A stretch of DNA of 64,000 nucleotides, from assembly GCA_017991475.1 (NCBI GenBank), contig JAGOQK010000001.1:105689-169688 (forward strand), read 5' to 3'. Each line of letters begins with the position of its first letter. Positions within the stretch are counted from its first letter, which is position 1. This document shows positions 10,048-20,207 of this stretch, piece after piece. The notes under the pieces are model-generated. The model had not been told where the DNA came from and ran no database searches. It saw nothing but the letters and a program-made list of their open reading frames with translations. The DNA comes from Minisyncoccota bacterium. Lineage in GTDB: Bacteria; Patescibacteriota; Minisyncoccia; Phycocordibacterales; PALSA-1337. A program made the translations under genes and the position numbers.

Positions 10048-10749
10048 TTAAACTTCCAAATAATCTATGTTTATCTGGACTGTAGTCGTACCAGATATCA
10101 CACAGTATAACACCTCATCGATACCTCCCTCGATATAGTTTGGGTGGTTATTTGCACCATACAATCCTCCTGCTTTAGGAGAAACGTACTTTTCATGATC
10201 GGTACCACCAGATGTAAAGCGGAATGATACCGAAGTAGCATCAGCGGTCAATGAAAAACGTGAAGCATACACGCGGATCTTGTTGCCGGATCCTGGTGTG
10301 AGCACATTGCCTGACGCGGCAAGATTAATGGAGAGCTTAGTTACCCCTTGGCCTGTAACCAGTGAGGACAACGTTTCTTCAGTCGCAGGATTTATTCGAT
10401 CGTTGCTTGCGTCCTTAACGCCAACCACGCTCGATGATGGTGTACTACCCATCACCAAGGCTGATGCTTTATTCGGAAGGAGCTGCGATGCCACCACGCC
10501 GGCGCCTGCAAGACCGAGCGCCTTAAGAAAGAATCTCTTGTTGTTGTCAGGGACTGCAACCGTAGAAATATCTCCAGATGAAATACCTGGTGCGGTGTTT
10601 GTAAGCTCCCTCACGGGCTCAACAACACTCTCCCGTATGAAGCGGAATGAATGTTTATTTGTAAGCATAAAAAGCGATGGGCATTTCTCCTTAATTATCG
10701 TCGAAATATGCTTTTGTCGCAAGGCTATTTTTGCCCTGCTTATCCACAC
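10048..10749 (-). CDS. Hypothetical exported protein with a Tat-like signal motif (KRFFLKALGLAGAGVVAS...ASA); start codon uncertain
   Basis: 233-aa ORF. About 60 residues in from the annotated start it contains NNKRFFLK followed by a hydrophobic Ala/Gly-rich h-region and an AxA site. An in-frame GTG about 24 codons upstream of the motif is an alternative start. It is the first gene of the operon that ends in tatC-tatA. Confidence 0.55.
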   Translation of the reverse strand: MWISRAKIALRQKHISTIIKEKCPSLFMLTNKHSFRFIRESVVEPVRELTNTAPGISSGDISTVAVPDNNKRFFLKALGLAGAGVVASQLLPNKASALVMGSTPSSSVVGVKDASNDRINPATEETLSSLVTGQGVTKLSINLAASGNVLTPGSGNKIRVYASRFSLTADATSVSFRFTSGGTDHEKYVSPKAGGLYGANNHPNYIEGGIDEVLYCVISGTTTVQINIDYLEV

Positions 10750-10760
10750 ATGAACAATTT

Positions 10761-11741
10761 TTATACTTTGAGATACCTTCGAGCGGCAACGTAGCTCGCC
10801 AATCCCCCCACTACGACACCGAGACCCATTATGAGCAGAAATATCTGTGTGAAATTGGCCACGAAATAGCGGGAAAGGATATTCACTGCAAGCTCGAAAT
10901 CTGCTGCAACCTGAACACCAGCGAAACGAAGGACCAAAACATCACTCCAGTATGCAACTGCTGCCATACAGATGAGCGCTATGGTGCCTGACAATATGCC
11001 GTACATGACTCCAGAAACCACGAGCGGACCGCGAACGTAAATGTTACTTGCTCCTACAAGCTTCATGACGGATATCTCATCTTTCGAGGTATATACGATA
11101 AGACGAATAGTATTCCAAACGACCACAATCGACACTAATATTAATATGAGAGCTATAACAGTTCCCGCCTGCTCTACTGCAGGAATAATGCGCCCGAGAC
11201 GGTCAATAATAAGTTTGTTCTGTTGATAGTTGACCTTCTCGACTATCGGGTCACCGGAAGCATCTACAGGTGCCTTATTTTCAAGAAAATTTGCGATACT
11301 TCCATACTGACCAGGATCTTTGGCTTTGATATTGAGAACCGCAGGAAATGGGTTGGTGCCGATCTCGTCGAGACCCTGCATAATGAGGGCATTACCTTGC
11401 CACTTCTCTGAAAACTGCTCGAGAGCGAGATCACGAGAGACATACTCGACACGAGAAACCTCTGCGAGTCGTTCGATATCCTTCTTGAGTGACAAAATAT
11501 CATCTTCAGGGGCTTCGAGAGTGAAGTAGACATTGATATCAACTTTCTCCTTCACATCGGCAATAAGGCTCTTACTGAACGCTCCTGCAAATATAATGCC
11601 GCCCACTGTTACGAGCGATAGTGTCATGACGACAACTGCAGCAAATGACAGGAAGCCATTGCGCCAGAAATTGACGAAGCCTGTACGTGTAATTCTTTTA
11701 AAAGTGGTAAATATCATAAAAATGCAAAATTTAAAAATCAA
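10761..11741 (-). CDS. ftsX: Cell division ABC-transporter permease FtsX (the true start is probably an internal Met)
   Basis: Four-TM topology with a large periplasmic loop, the conserved KLVGA motif, and the usual position immediately downstream of ftsE. Confidence 0.8.
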   Translation of the reverse strand: MIFKFCIFMIFTTFKRITRTGFVNFWRNGFLSFAAVVVMTLSLVTVGGIIFAGAFSKSLIADVKEKVDINVYFTLEAPEDDILSLKKDIERLAEVSRVEYVSRDLALEQFSEKWQGNALIMQGLDEIGTNPFPAVLNIKAKDPGQYGSIANFLENKAPVDASGDPIVEKVNYQQNKLIIDRLGRIIPAVEQAGTVIALILILVSIVVVWNTIRLIVYTSKDEISVMKLVGASNIYVRGPLVVSGVMYGILSGTIALICMAAVAYWSDVLVLRFAGVQVAADFELAVNILSRYFVANFTQIFLLIMGLGVVVGGLASYVAARRYLKV

Positions 11742-11820
11742 AATGCAAAATTACAATTCAAAATGCAAAAATTTTGCTGGAGTTTCATTTTAAATTTTGA
11801 ATTGTAATTTTGCATTTTGA
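11738..11820. repeat. AT-rich perfect 27-bp inverted repeat (arms 11738-11764 and 11794-11820, 29-nt loop) overlapping three 20-nt-spaced direct copies of CAAAATGCAAAA
   Basis: Read directly from the sequence in the ftsE-ftsX intergenic region. Confidence 0.7.
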
Positions 11821-11835
11821 CTTTTAAATTTTTAT

Positions 11836-12516
11836 TTACAACACATACTTACCATTCTTGTCATCTCTCACAACCTTACCCTTCTCCATAGTGATGACGC
11901 GACCCTTGACCGCATCGACAACACCCTTATTGTGCGTCGTTAACAGAACTGTAGTGCCGAGTTCATTGATCTTCTGAAGAATACGGATGATCTCATGCGT
12001 ATTGATAGGGTCGAGGTTACCTGTCGGTTCGTCCGCAATGATGATATCGGGCTGATTGACGATAGCGCGGGCTATCGCGACACGCTGACGCTCGCCGCCA
12101 GAGAGCTCGTGCGGAAAATTCCATATTTTGTGGCCAATATCGACAAGCTCAAGAACATGCGGCACATCTGCGGCGATCTCATTGTCAGTGCGACCAGATG
12201 CTTCCATGGCAAAGGCAATATTCTCATAGACAGTCTTATTTGGAATGAGGCGAAAATCCTGAAATACCGTGCCTATTCTACGACGTAACTTATTCATGGA
12301 ACGCTTATTGAGCCGGTGAATATCTATGGATTCGAGGAATACTGAGCCCTGAGTCGGATAATCCTCAGCGATGAGCATTTTGATGAGTGTAGTCTTACCT
12401 GCACCTGATTGGCCCACAATAGTGACGAATTCCTTGGGTTCAACGACGAAACTCACCCCATCGAGGGCAACGGACTTGTCGGCGTATATTTTGGTTACTT
12501 TATCGTAATAGATCAT
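11836..12516 (-). CDS. ftsE: Cell division ATP-binding protein FtsE
   Basis: Walker A GQSGAGKTT, ABC signature LSGGERQR, Walker B IIIADEP. About 225 aa, and it precedes ftsX. Confidence 0.85.
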   Translation of the reverse strand: MIYYDKVTKIYADKSVALDGVSFVVEPKEFVTIVGQSGAGKTTLIKMLIAEDYPTQGSVFLESIDIHRLNKRSMNKLRRRIGTVFQDFRLIPNKTVYENIAFAMEASGRTDNEIAADVPHVLELVDIGHKIWNFPHELSGGERQRVAIARAIVNQPDIIIADEPTGNLDPINTHEIIRILQKINELGTTVLLTTHNKGVVDAVKGRVITMEKGKVVRDDKNGKYVL

Positions 12517-12628
12517 GAGCCTCTATTATACAAAAATTGACCCAATTAACCTAATTTCTAATTGACCTAAAATCAATCCTAAACTGATTTTCATTAGGTT
12601 AATTAGATTAATTAGAAATTAGGTCAAT

Positions 12629-13519
12629 TTATAGCTCCTTCTCCGCTTCAATAAACTCATCAATCTCCCCTTCAAGTACCTTGTCCACTTGCGCAGTCTC
12701 TAAGTTAGTTCTATGGTCTTTTACCATTTTGTACGGATGTAGCACATATGAGCGTATCTGATTGCCCCATTCGATGGCGGTTGTCGATGATATCTGCATA
12801 CCGCGCTCCTTGGCAATACGAGCGTCTTCCATACGCTTCCAGAGCTTGCCTCGAAGAATGTCGAGTGCCTTCTCGCGATTTTGGGCCTGTGATCTCTCCG
12901 AAGTGACATGAATAGAAATACCCGTCGGCGTGTGAACCAACCTCACCGCAGTTTCGCGCTTGTTCACATTCTGGCCACCGGGGCCGCCCGATTTTGCTAT
13001 AGATATTTCGAGATCGCTGTCAGGAATCACCAAGTCGCTCGCAGAGGTCTTTTCAAATTTAGGAACGACTTCGACCAGAGAAAAAGACGTATGCCTTTTC
13101 TGATTTGCATTGAATGGCGAAATACGAACGAGACGATGGACGCCCGACTCATTCTTGAAAGAACCATATGCATTTTTACCAGAAATTTCGATGGTAATAT
13201 TACGATATCCTCCGTGATCATTTTCATTGCTATGAATGACTGACCATCCCCACCCTTTACCGTCAGCGTACTTGCGATACATCCGCACGAGTATGGCTGA
13301 GAAATCCTCTGAGTCATCACCCCCGGCACCAGAAAGCACGCTCATGATAGCGTCACCCTTGTCATACTTCCCTACGCCTTCTAGCTCATCCTTGAGCCGC
13401 TGAAGTTCCTTGACTGATGCTTGAGCTCTGACTTTGTCTACCCAAAAATCAGCATCGCCCATAGACGCTTCAAGTTCGACGATTTTCTTCTCTATTTCTT
13501 CTTTTTGGTTGATAGACAT
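12629..13519 (-). CDS. prfB: Peptide chain release factor 2 (296 aa; N-terminally short form, no programmed frameshift)
   Basis: GGQ motif ([11 protein letters not shown]) and the RF2-specific SPF tripeptide ([15 protein letters not shown]). Start trimmed to the MSINQ Met, because the longer ORF extension runs antisense through tRNA-Thr. Confidence 0.85.
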   Translation of the reverse strand: MSINQKEEIEKKIVELEASMGDADFWVDKVRAQASVKELQRLKDELEGVGKYDKGDAIMSVLSGAGGDDSEDFSAILVRMYRKYADGKGWGWSVIHSNENDHGGYRNITIEISGKNAYGSFKNESGVHRLVRISPFNANQKRHTSFSLVEVVPKFEKTSASDLVIPDSDLEISIAKSGGPGGQNVNKRETAVRLVHTPTGISIHVTSERSQAQNREKALDILRGKLWKRMEDARIAKERGMQISSTTAIEWGNQIRSYVLHPYKMVKDHRTNLETAQVDKVLEGEIDEFIEAEKEL

Positions 13520-13527
13520 AATTCGAG

Positions 13528-13600
13528 AGCCGAAGCCCGGGATCGAACCGGGGACCCTTGCTTTACGAAAGCAATGCTCTACCAACTGAGCTACTTCGGC
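13528..13600 (-). tRNA. tRNA-Thr (anticodon CGU)
   Basis: Manual cloverleaf: acceptor GCCGAAG/CTTCGGC, D-arm GCTC-AGTTGGTA-GAGC, anticodon arm TTGCT-TTCGTAA-AGCAA, T-arm CCCGG-TTCGATC-CCGGG. Confidence 0.8.
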
Positions 13601-13693
13601 ACCGCTTCGCTCTACGCCATACTCCGAGCTTCGCAGTGCAGGCAATAAATAACCAAGCTTGCACTTCGAAGCTTGCGCAGCTTAGCGAAGAAG

Positions 13694-13769
13694 TGGAGCC
13701 AATGTCCGGGATTGAACCGGAGACCTCGCCATTACCAATGGCGTGCTCTACCAACTGAGCTACATTGGC
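13694..13769 (-). tRNA. tRNA-Thr (anticodon GGU), CCA encoded
   Basis: Acceptor GCCAATG/CATTGGC, anticodon arm CGCCA-TTGGTAA-TGGCG, T-arm TCCGG-TTCAATC-CCGGA, 3' CCA present. Confidence 0.8.
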
Positions 13770-13854
13770 GCAATCAATCTATCATTGCACAACCAGACAA
13801 CAATAGCTTATTTATTGAATATTTTCAATCCGCGCCCCTCTCGGAGCTACACTC

Positions 13855-13915
13855 CTCACAACTGCGCCATATAAAAAACTGAACATATCGTTCAGTTTTT
13901 TATATGGCGCAGTTG
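13855..13915. repeat. Perfect 26-bp hairpin whose distal arm is the 3' acceptor/CCA end of tRNA-Asp
   Basis: caactgcgccatataaaaaactgaac-atatcg-gttcagttttttatatggcgcagttg. Confidence 0.7.
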
Positions 13916-13981
13916 ACGGGGCTCGAACCCGCAACCTCTCCCGTGACAGGGGAGTGCTCTAACCAATTGAGCTACAACTGC
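13905..13981 (-). tRNA. tRNA-Asp (anticodon GUC), CCA encoded
   Basis: Acceptor GCAGTTG/CAACTGC, anticodon arm CTCCC-CTGTCAC-GGGAG, T-loop TTCGAGC, discriminator G. Confidence 0.8.
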
Positions 13982-14044
13982 ATATCGCACCAGTCGCATC
14001 AGTCTAGCAAAAAAGCATAAAAACACAAGAATGACCCACTAATG

Positions 14045-14118
14045 TGTCGGCGGAAGGGATCGAACCTTCGACCTTGGGCTTATGAGTCCCACGCTCTAAC
14101 CAACTGAGCTACGCCGAC
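14045..14118 (-). tRNA. tRNA-Met elongator (anticodon CAU; the Ile2 lysidine type cannot be excluded)
   Basis: Acceptor GTCGGCG/CGCCGAC with a G1-C72 pair, anticodon loop CTCATAA, T-loop TTCGATC. Confidence 0.7.
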
Positions 14119-14217
14119 ATTGATACTACGATGTTTGAGATAATAATCGAAAAAACAGCTTTATGCAAACCTCATCCTTGCATTCATGGAGATACTATGG
14201 CAAAATCAATGAATCAT

Positions 14218-14289
14218 CGCGGGGTAGGGTAACGGTAACCCGTCAGGCTCATAACCTGAAAATTGCTGGTTCGATTCCGGCCCCCGCAA
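14218..14289 (+). tRNA. tRNA-fMet initiator (anticodon CAU)
   Basis: C1xA72 mismatch at the end of the acceptor stem (CGCGGGG/CCCCGCA) and discriminator A73; anticodon arm TCAGG-CTCATAA-CCTGA; T-arm GCTGG-TTCGATT-CCGGC. Confidence 0.7.
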
Positions 14290-14298
14290 CAAGTATTG

Positions 14299-14925
14299 CT
14301 AGATATAATAGAACTCTTCGAACACCGCTCGATAGTTCGAGATAGCGGCCTTCGCTTCATGATGCCCGAGTTGGAATCCCGGCTCATGAGCAATCTGGTT
14401 GCGGACCTTGTGACCCTCCCACGCTTCATTGAGGGACTTCATGTCGCCTGGATTGACACGCTTGAGTTTCTCGCCGATACTCTCTCCCCTATACCCCATC
14501 GAAGTCAGTATTTCATCAAGGATCATGTCTGCCTCAAGAATCGCCTGCTTCCAGTCATTCTGATTGTGTGAATCGATATGCGCTTTCACGCGCTCCCAAC
14601 GAGTTGCAAGACCACTGTCCTGTACGGCCTCTTGATACGCAGGCTCAACCTTGGTGTCATAGATAAGCTCTTCTTTCTTGCGAATGAGCTTGAGCTGCTC
14701 GACACAATACACAATAACAATGACCAAGAATAACGCGATAGGAATCGACAGGCCGACCAGTATACCGACGGTCGTCTTCATCCACGCAAACAGCGTCGGC
14801 GACCACTCAATGAGCTTGTCGTAGAATGACTGAAGATATGGAGTGTAGTCATATGCCGGAGGGCCGACACTGATTTGAGGAACGGGATCAATATCTGTAG
14901 GGAGCATGACAATATTATAGCGCAC
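14299..14925 (-). CDS. Hypothetical membrane-anchored protein
   Basis: 208-aa ORF with one central TM segment (VGILVGLSIPIALFLVIVIVY) and a hydrophilic C-terminal domain. No recognisable motif. Confidence 0.5.
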   Translation of the reverse strand: MRYNIVMLPTDIDPVPQISVGPPAYDYTPYLQSFYDKLIEWSPTLFAWMKTTVGILVGLSIPIALFLVIVIVYCVEQLKLIRKKEELIYDTKVEPAYQEAVQDSGLATRWERVKAHIDSHNQNDWKQAILEADMILDEILTSMGYRGESIGEKLKRVNPGDMKSLNEAWEGHKVRNQIAHEPGFQLGHHEAKAAISNYRAVFEEFYYI

Positions 14926-15007
14926 AATTCCAAATTACAAATGACAGATTCCAGGAAACAGGAGCATGACACTCATAATTAATCGCAGGCGTTGAATAAA
15001 CTACTAC

Positions 15008-16453
15008 TTAGCTTTCCAAATCTGTCCCCGCCTCGAATAAGGCATTTTCCTCCCCATGTCTCGCGGTGAGCTGAATACCAACCGGCAATTGTTTACCTTC
15101 CTTTTCTGCGGTCCCGCATGGCACCGAAATAGCCGGCATACCCGTAATATTGGCGGTGACTGTAAATATATCCTCGAGATACATAGCAACAGGATCACTC
15201 GTCTTCTCCCCTATCTTGAATGCAGGTGATGGCGCTGTTGGGGTTGCAATGATATCAACATCCTTGAATGCTTTGATGAAATCATCAGTGATCATCTTGC
15301 GAACTGCGTTTGCACGGTTGTAGTAGGCATCATAATAGCCAGACGAAAGTACATAGGTACCGAGGAGGATGCGACGAATAACTTCACGCCCAAGACCTGC
15401 CCGGCGCGACTCAAAATAGTCCTGTATACCGTCGGCACCATCAACATGAAGTCCGAACCTCATACCGTCGAAGCGCGCCATGTTGGACGAGACTTCTGCA
15501 AAATTCAATATGTAGTATACCGGAAGTGCATAATCATTCAGCGGAAGCTCGATATCTTTTATTTCATAGCCAAGATCCTTGAATTTTACTTCCGTTTCAA
15601 GAAACGCTTTTTTTACCCCCGAATCGAGACCGCCGATTTTCAAGAAGGCGCGCGGAATACCAATAACCGGTTTCTTTGTACCGACTGATTTTTTCCCATA
15701 TGTAGTGTCTGCAATAGTTGTTCCATCCTGTATGTCAGTTCCCGCAATTACATTAAGAACAATTTTACAATCTTCAACTGTCTTTGTGATCGGACCAATC
15801 TGATCAAATGAAGAAACCGCAGCTATGAGACCATACCTGGATACCTTTCCGTAAGTTGGCTTAATTCCGACAACTCCACAAAAACTCGACGGCTGACGGA
15901 TGGATCCCCCCGTATCCGAACCAAGCGCAAAAAGAGCCATATCTGCAGCGATTGCTGCTGCAGAACCCCCAGAAGTCCCACCAGGAACCCTTTCAAGATC
16001 GTGCGGATTCTTGGTCGGACCGTAGGCACTATTCTCCGTCGAACCACCCATCGCAAATTCATCCATATTGGTGCGGCCAAGAAATACGACGCCCTCAGCC
16101 TTGAGCTTCTCGATGACGGTCGCATCGTATGTCGCGTGATAGTTCTCAAGGATTTTCGATGAAGCCCCGGCAATCCTGCCTTTGATGAGGATATTGTCCT
16201 TGATCGCGCACGGAATGCCGAGCAACATGCCAAATTCCTTGCCTTCAGCTCGAGAAGCTTGAATCTTCCGATCAGCCTCTTTTGCTTGTTCGAGTACATC
16301 CACGAACACTTCACGATACGCATTGATGGCGCCATCCTTCTTCTCGATCTCATCCAAATAAGCTTGGGCCAGCTCAACCGCGGTAAATTCACCCTTTTTG
16401 AGAGCTTCATGAGCCTGCGCAATTGTTAAGTTTTTGAGGTCAATGGTCGCCAT
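15008..16453 (-). CDS. gatA: Glutamyl-tRNA(Gln) amidotransferase subunit A
   Basis: Amidase signature GGSSGGSAAAIAA. Start trimmed to MATIDLKNL; about 481 aa, adjacent to gatC. Confidence 0.9.
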   Translation of the reverse strand: MATIDLKNLTIAQAHEALKKGEFTAVELAQAYLDEIEKKDGAINAYREVFVDVLEQAKEADRKIQASRAEGKEFGMLLGIPCAIKDNILIKGRIAGASSKILENYHATYDATVIEKLKAEGVVFLGRTNMDEFAMGGSTENSAYGPTKNPHDLERVPGGTSGGSAAAIAADMALFALGSDTGGSIRQPSSFCGVVGIKPTYGKVSRYGLIAAVSSFDQIGPITKTVEDCKIVLNVIAGTDIQDGTTIADTTYGKKSVGTKKPVIGIPRAFLKIGGLDSGVKKAFLETEVKFKDLGYEIKDIELPLNDYALPVYYILNFAEVSSNMARFDGMRFGLHVDGADGIQDYFESRRAGLGREVIRRILLGTYVLSSGYYDAYYNRANAVRKMITDDFIKAFKDVDIIATPTAPSPAFKIGEKTSDPVAMYLEDIFTVTANITGMPAISVPCGTAEKEGKQLPVGIQLTARHGEENALFEAGTDLES

Positions 16454-16467
16454 GATGCATACAGAAA

Positions 16468-16761
16468 CTAATCTTGCGCGATGATCTTCTTTACTGCGAT
16501 GAAATCTCCTTCTCTGTCGGGTGCTTCGGTAAGCAAGCACTCGCGGTCTTCGATAGTTGTATCGCGAGATTCATCTGACCTCATAACATTTTTAACTGCG
16601 CCAACACGACCCTCAGCATCGAGCGATATATCGAGTTTCTTGAGCTGGTCCACATAACCAAGGATAGAGTCAAATTCCTTGGCAAGGGACTCTTTGTCAG
16701 CATCAGTAAGCTTGATACGCGCGAGCGTCGCCAACTTCTCGAGTTCGGGGATAGTTATCAT
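16468..16761 (-). CDS. gatC: Asp/Glu-tRNA amidotransferase subunit C
   Basis: 97 aa with a GatC-like sequence (ITIPELEKLATLARIKLTD...), immediately upstream of gatA. Confidence 0.8.
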   Translation of the reverse strand: MITIPELEKLATLARIKLTDADKESLAKEFDSILGYVDQLKKLDISLDAEGRVGAVKNVMRSDESRDTTIEDRECLLTEAPDREGDFIAVKKIIAQD

Positions 16762-16836
16762 GATTCAGAGTGTAGCATGGGAAAAACAAAGAAAAAAGAG
16801 ACGTATTACACCACACTCTACACACTATACTGGAGG

Positions 16837-18984
<2,148 letters not shown>

Positions 18985-19041
18985 CTAAGGATAGCAAAAT
19001 GGCGGACGAGGTTCCACCTCGTCCGCCCGAACAGCTCCGCC

Positions 19042-19632
19042 TTAATAACTCGTTGTGAGACGGAGCGCACGCTCGACAGTACGCGTACTTGGGAGCGGTC
19101 CTAACGCATCGCACTGATTGTAGCCGCGAGAAGAGACTCGAACGACATCGTCTGATGTACGAGCATCCACGCCGTATGCAACTGTGACGATCGCGCATGG
19201 AGGATTGACCTGTCCATCCACGCCGAGCGGATGCACAATAATATCTCCCGACTGGGTTATCTCAGTCCCCTCCCACAATGTAGTATCAGGATTTGAGATC
19301 TCTTCGAATGCGCCGTCGGCGACGTGAATGTTTCCATTACAATCGAGCTCAGGAGTTCGTAATGTGGTCTCATCGACTTCGGTCATAGTGAATCCTTTTC
19401 CGAGATCGGTATTGTAGTTGAGTTCGCGAGCCGCACACTCCATCGCACCATCAGCGGCATAGAGGGCGTACATGGATTCGCGAGCAGCGACCGAAAGCGC
19501 GAATTGTTTCTTGCTAACTCCGAGAATGAACACTCCAACACTGAGGACAAGCGATGCAGTGATCACCGCGAACAAGAGAGTGTATCCCTTCTCTGTGCGC
19601 TGTCTCGAATTGTGTGTGTGATGGATAGTCAT
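19042..19632 (-). CDS. Type IV pilus minor pilin-like protein (PilX-like; N-terminal TM helix without a canonical cleavage motif)
   Basis: N-terminal basic stretch then hydrophobic helix (KGYTLLFAVITASLVLSVGVFILG). Last gene of the pseudopilin series. Confidence 0.5.
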   Translation of the reverse strand: MTIHHTHNSRQRTEKGYTLLFAVITASLVLSVGVFILGVSKKQFALSVAARESMYALYAADGAMECAARELNYNTDLGKGFTMTEVDETTLRTPELDCNGNIHVADGAFEEISNPDTTLWEGTEITQSGDIIVHPLGVDGQVNPPCAIVTVAYGVDARTSDDVVRVSSRGYNQCDALGPLPSTRTVERALRLTTSY

Positions 19633-19641
19633 ACTGATATA

Positions 19642-20205
19642 TTACCTGCGTACGGCGACCATAGTGCTTACGAGATGGATCTCGAACGGTATCGTCCCTT
19701 GCATCCAGTTCACCGTCACATGAGCCTGTACCTCTGGCATAAGGTGTGTACCTCCTACATTCTCCAAATAGAACTTTCGTGAAAATTCCGTCATCGTACC
19801 GCCGGCACTCGAGTCGCTCGTATACCCATCGTCATCGGAGTAATATACCGGGCAGCCTTCCGACGGACAATCTGTAGAGATCATGTACGATCCGATTCCA
19901 TTAGCATCGCAAGGATCATTTTCCGTACAACTACCGATCCCCGTGAGCCACTGTGCCGCGATATCGTCTGCGTCATAAATATTATTATCGTGAATATTCT
20001 TGACGACCTCCATACTTTCTTGTGCCAAGAATGACGCAATCATCTGGTTCTTGGAATAGAGAGCGGCCGTAAGACCCTTGGTCGCGATGACGAGCGGCCC
20101 AGCGATCGCGATCATCAAGATTGCGACTGCGACGAGCGTCTCTACGAGCGTGAAGGCTCGGGCGCCTGTGATTGAACGATGTGTTGTATGTTTGCGAATA
20201 CTCAT
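19642..20205 (-). CDS. Prepilin-type N-terminal cleavage/methylation domain protein (pseudopilin)
   Basis: GARAFTLVETLVAVAILMIAI, the class III signal (G/AFTLxE). Confidence 0.7.
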   Translation of the reverse strand: MSIRKHTTHRSITGARAFTLVETLVAVAILMIAIAGPLVIATKGLTAALYSKNQMIASFLAQESMEVVKNIHDNNIYDADDIAAQWLTGIGSCTENDPCDANGIGSYMISTDCPSEGCPVYYSDDDGYTSDSSAGGTMTEFSRKFYLENVGGTHLMPEVQAHVTVNWMQGTIPFEIHLVSTMVAVRR

Positions 20206-20207
20206 GA

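Noticed and set aside
10280-10753. Plus-strand 157-aa ORF
   Set aside because: It is entirely antisense to the 233-aa Tat-signal protein gene, has no RBS and no motif.
13421-13882. ORFs 13421-13648, 13558-13758, 13563-13754, 13673-13882 and the N-terminal 42 codons of the prfB ORF
   Set aside because: These are translations of the tRNA-Thr and tRNA-Asp genes and their spacers. prfB was trimmed to the MSINQ start accordingly.
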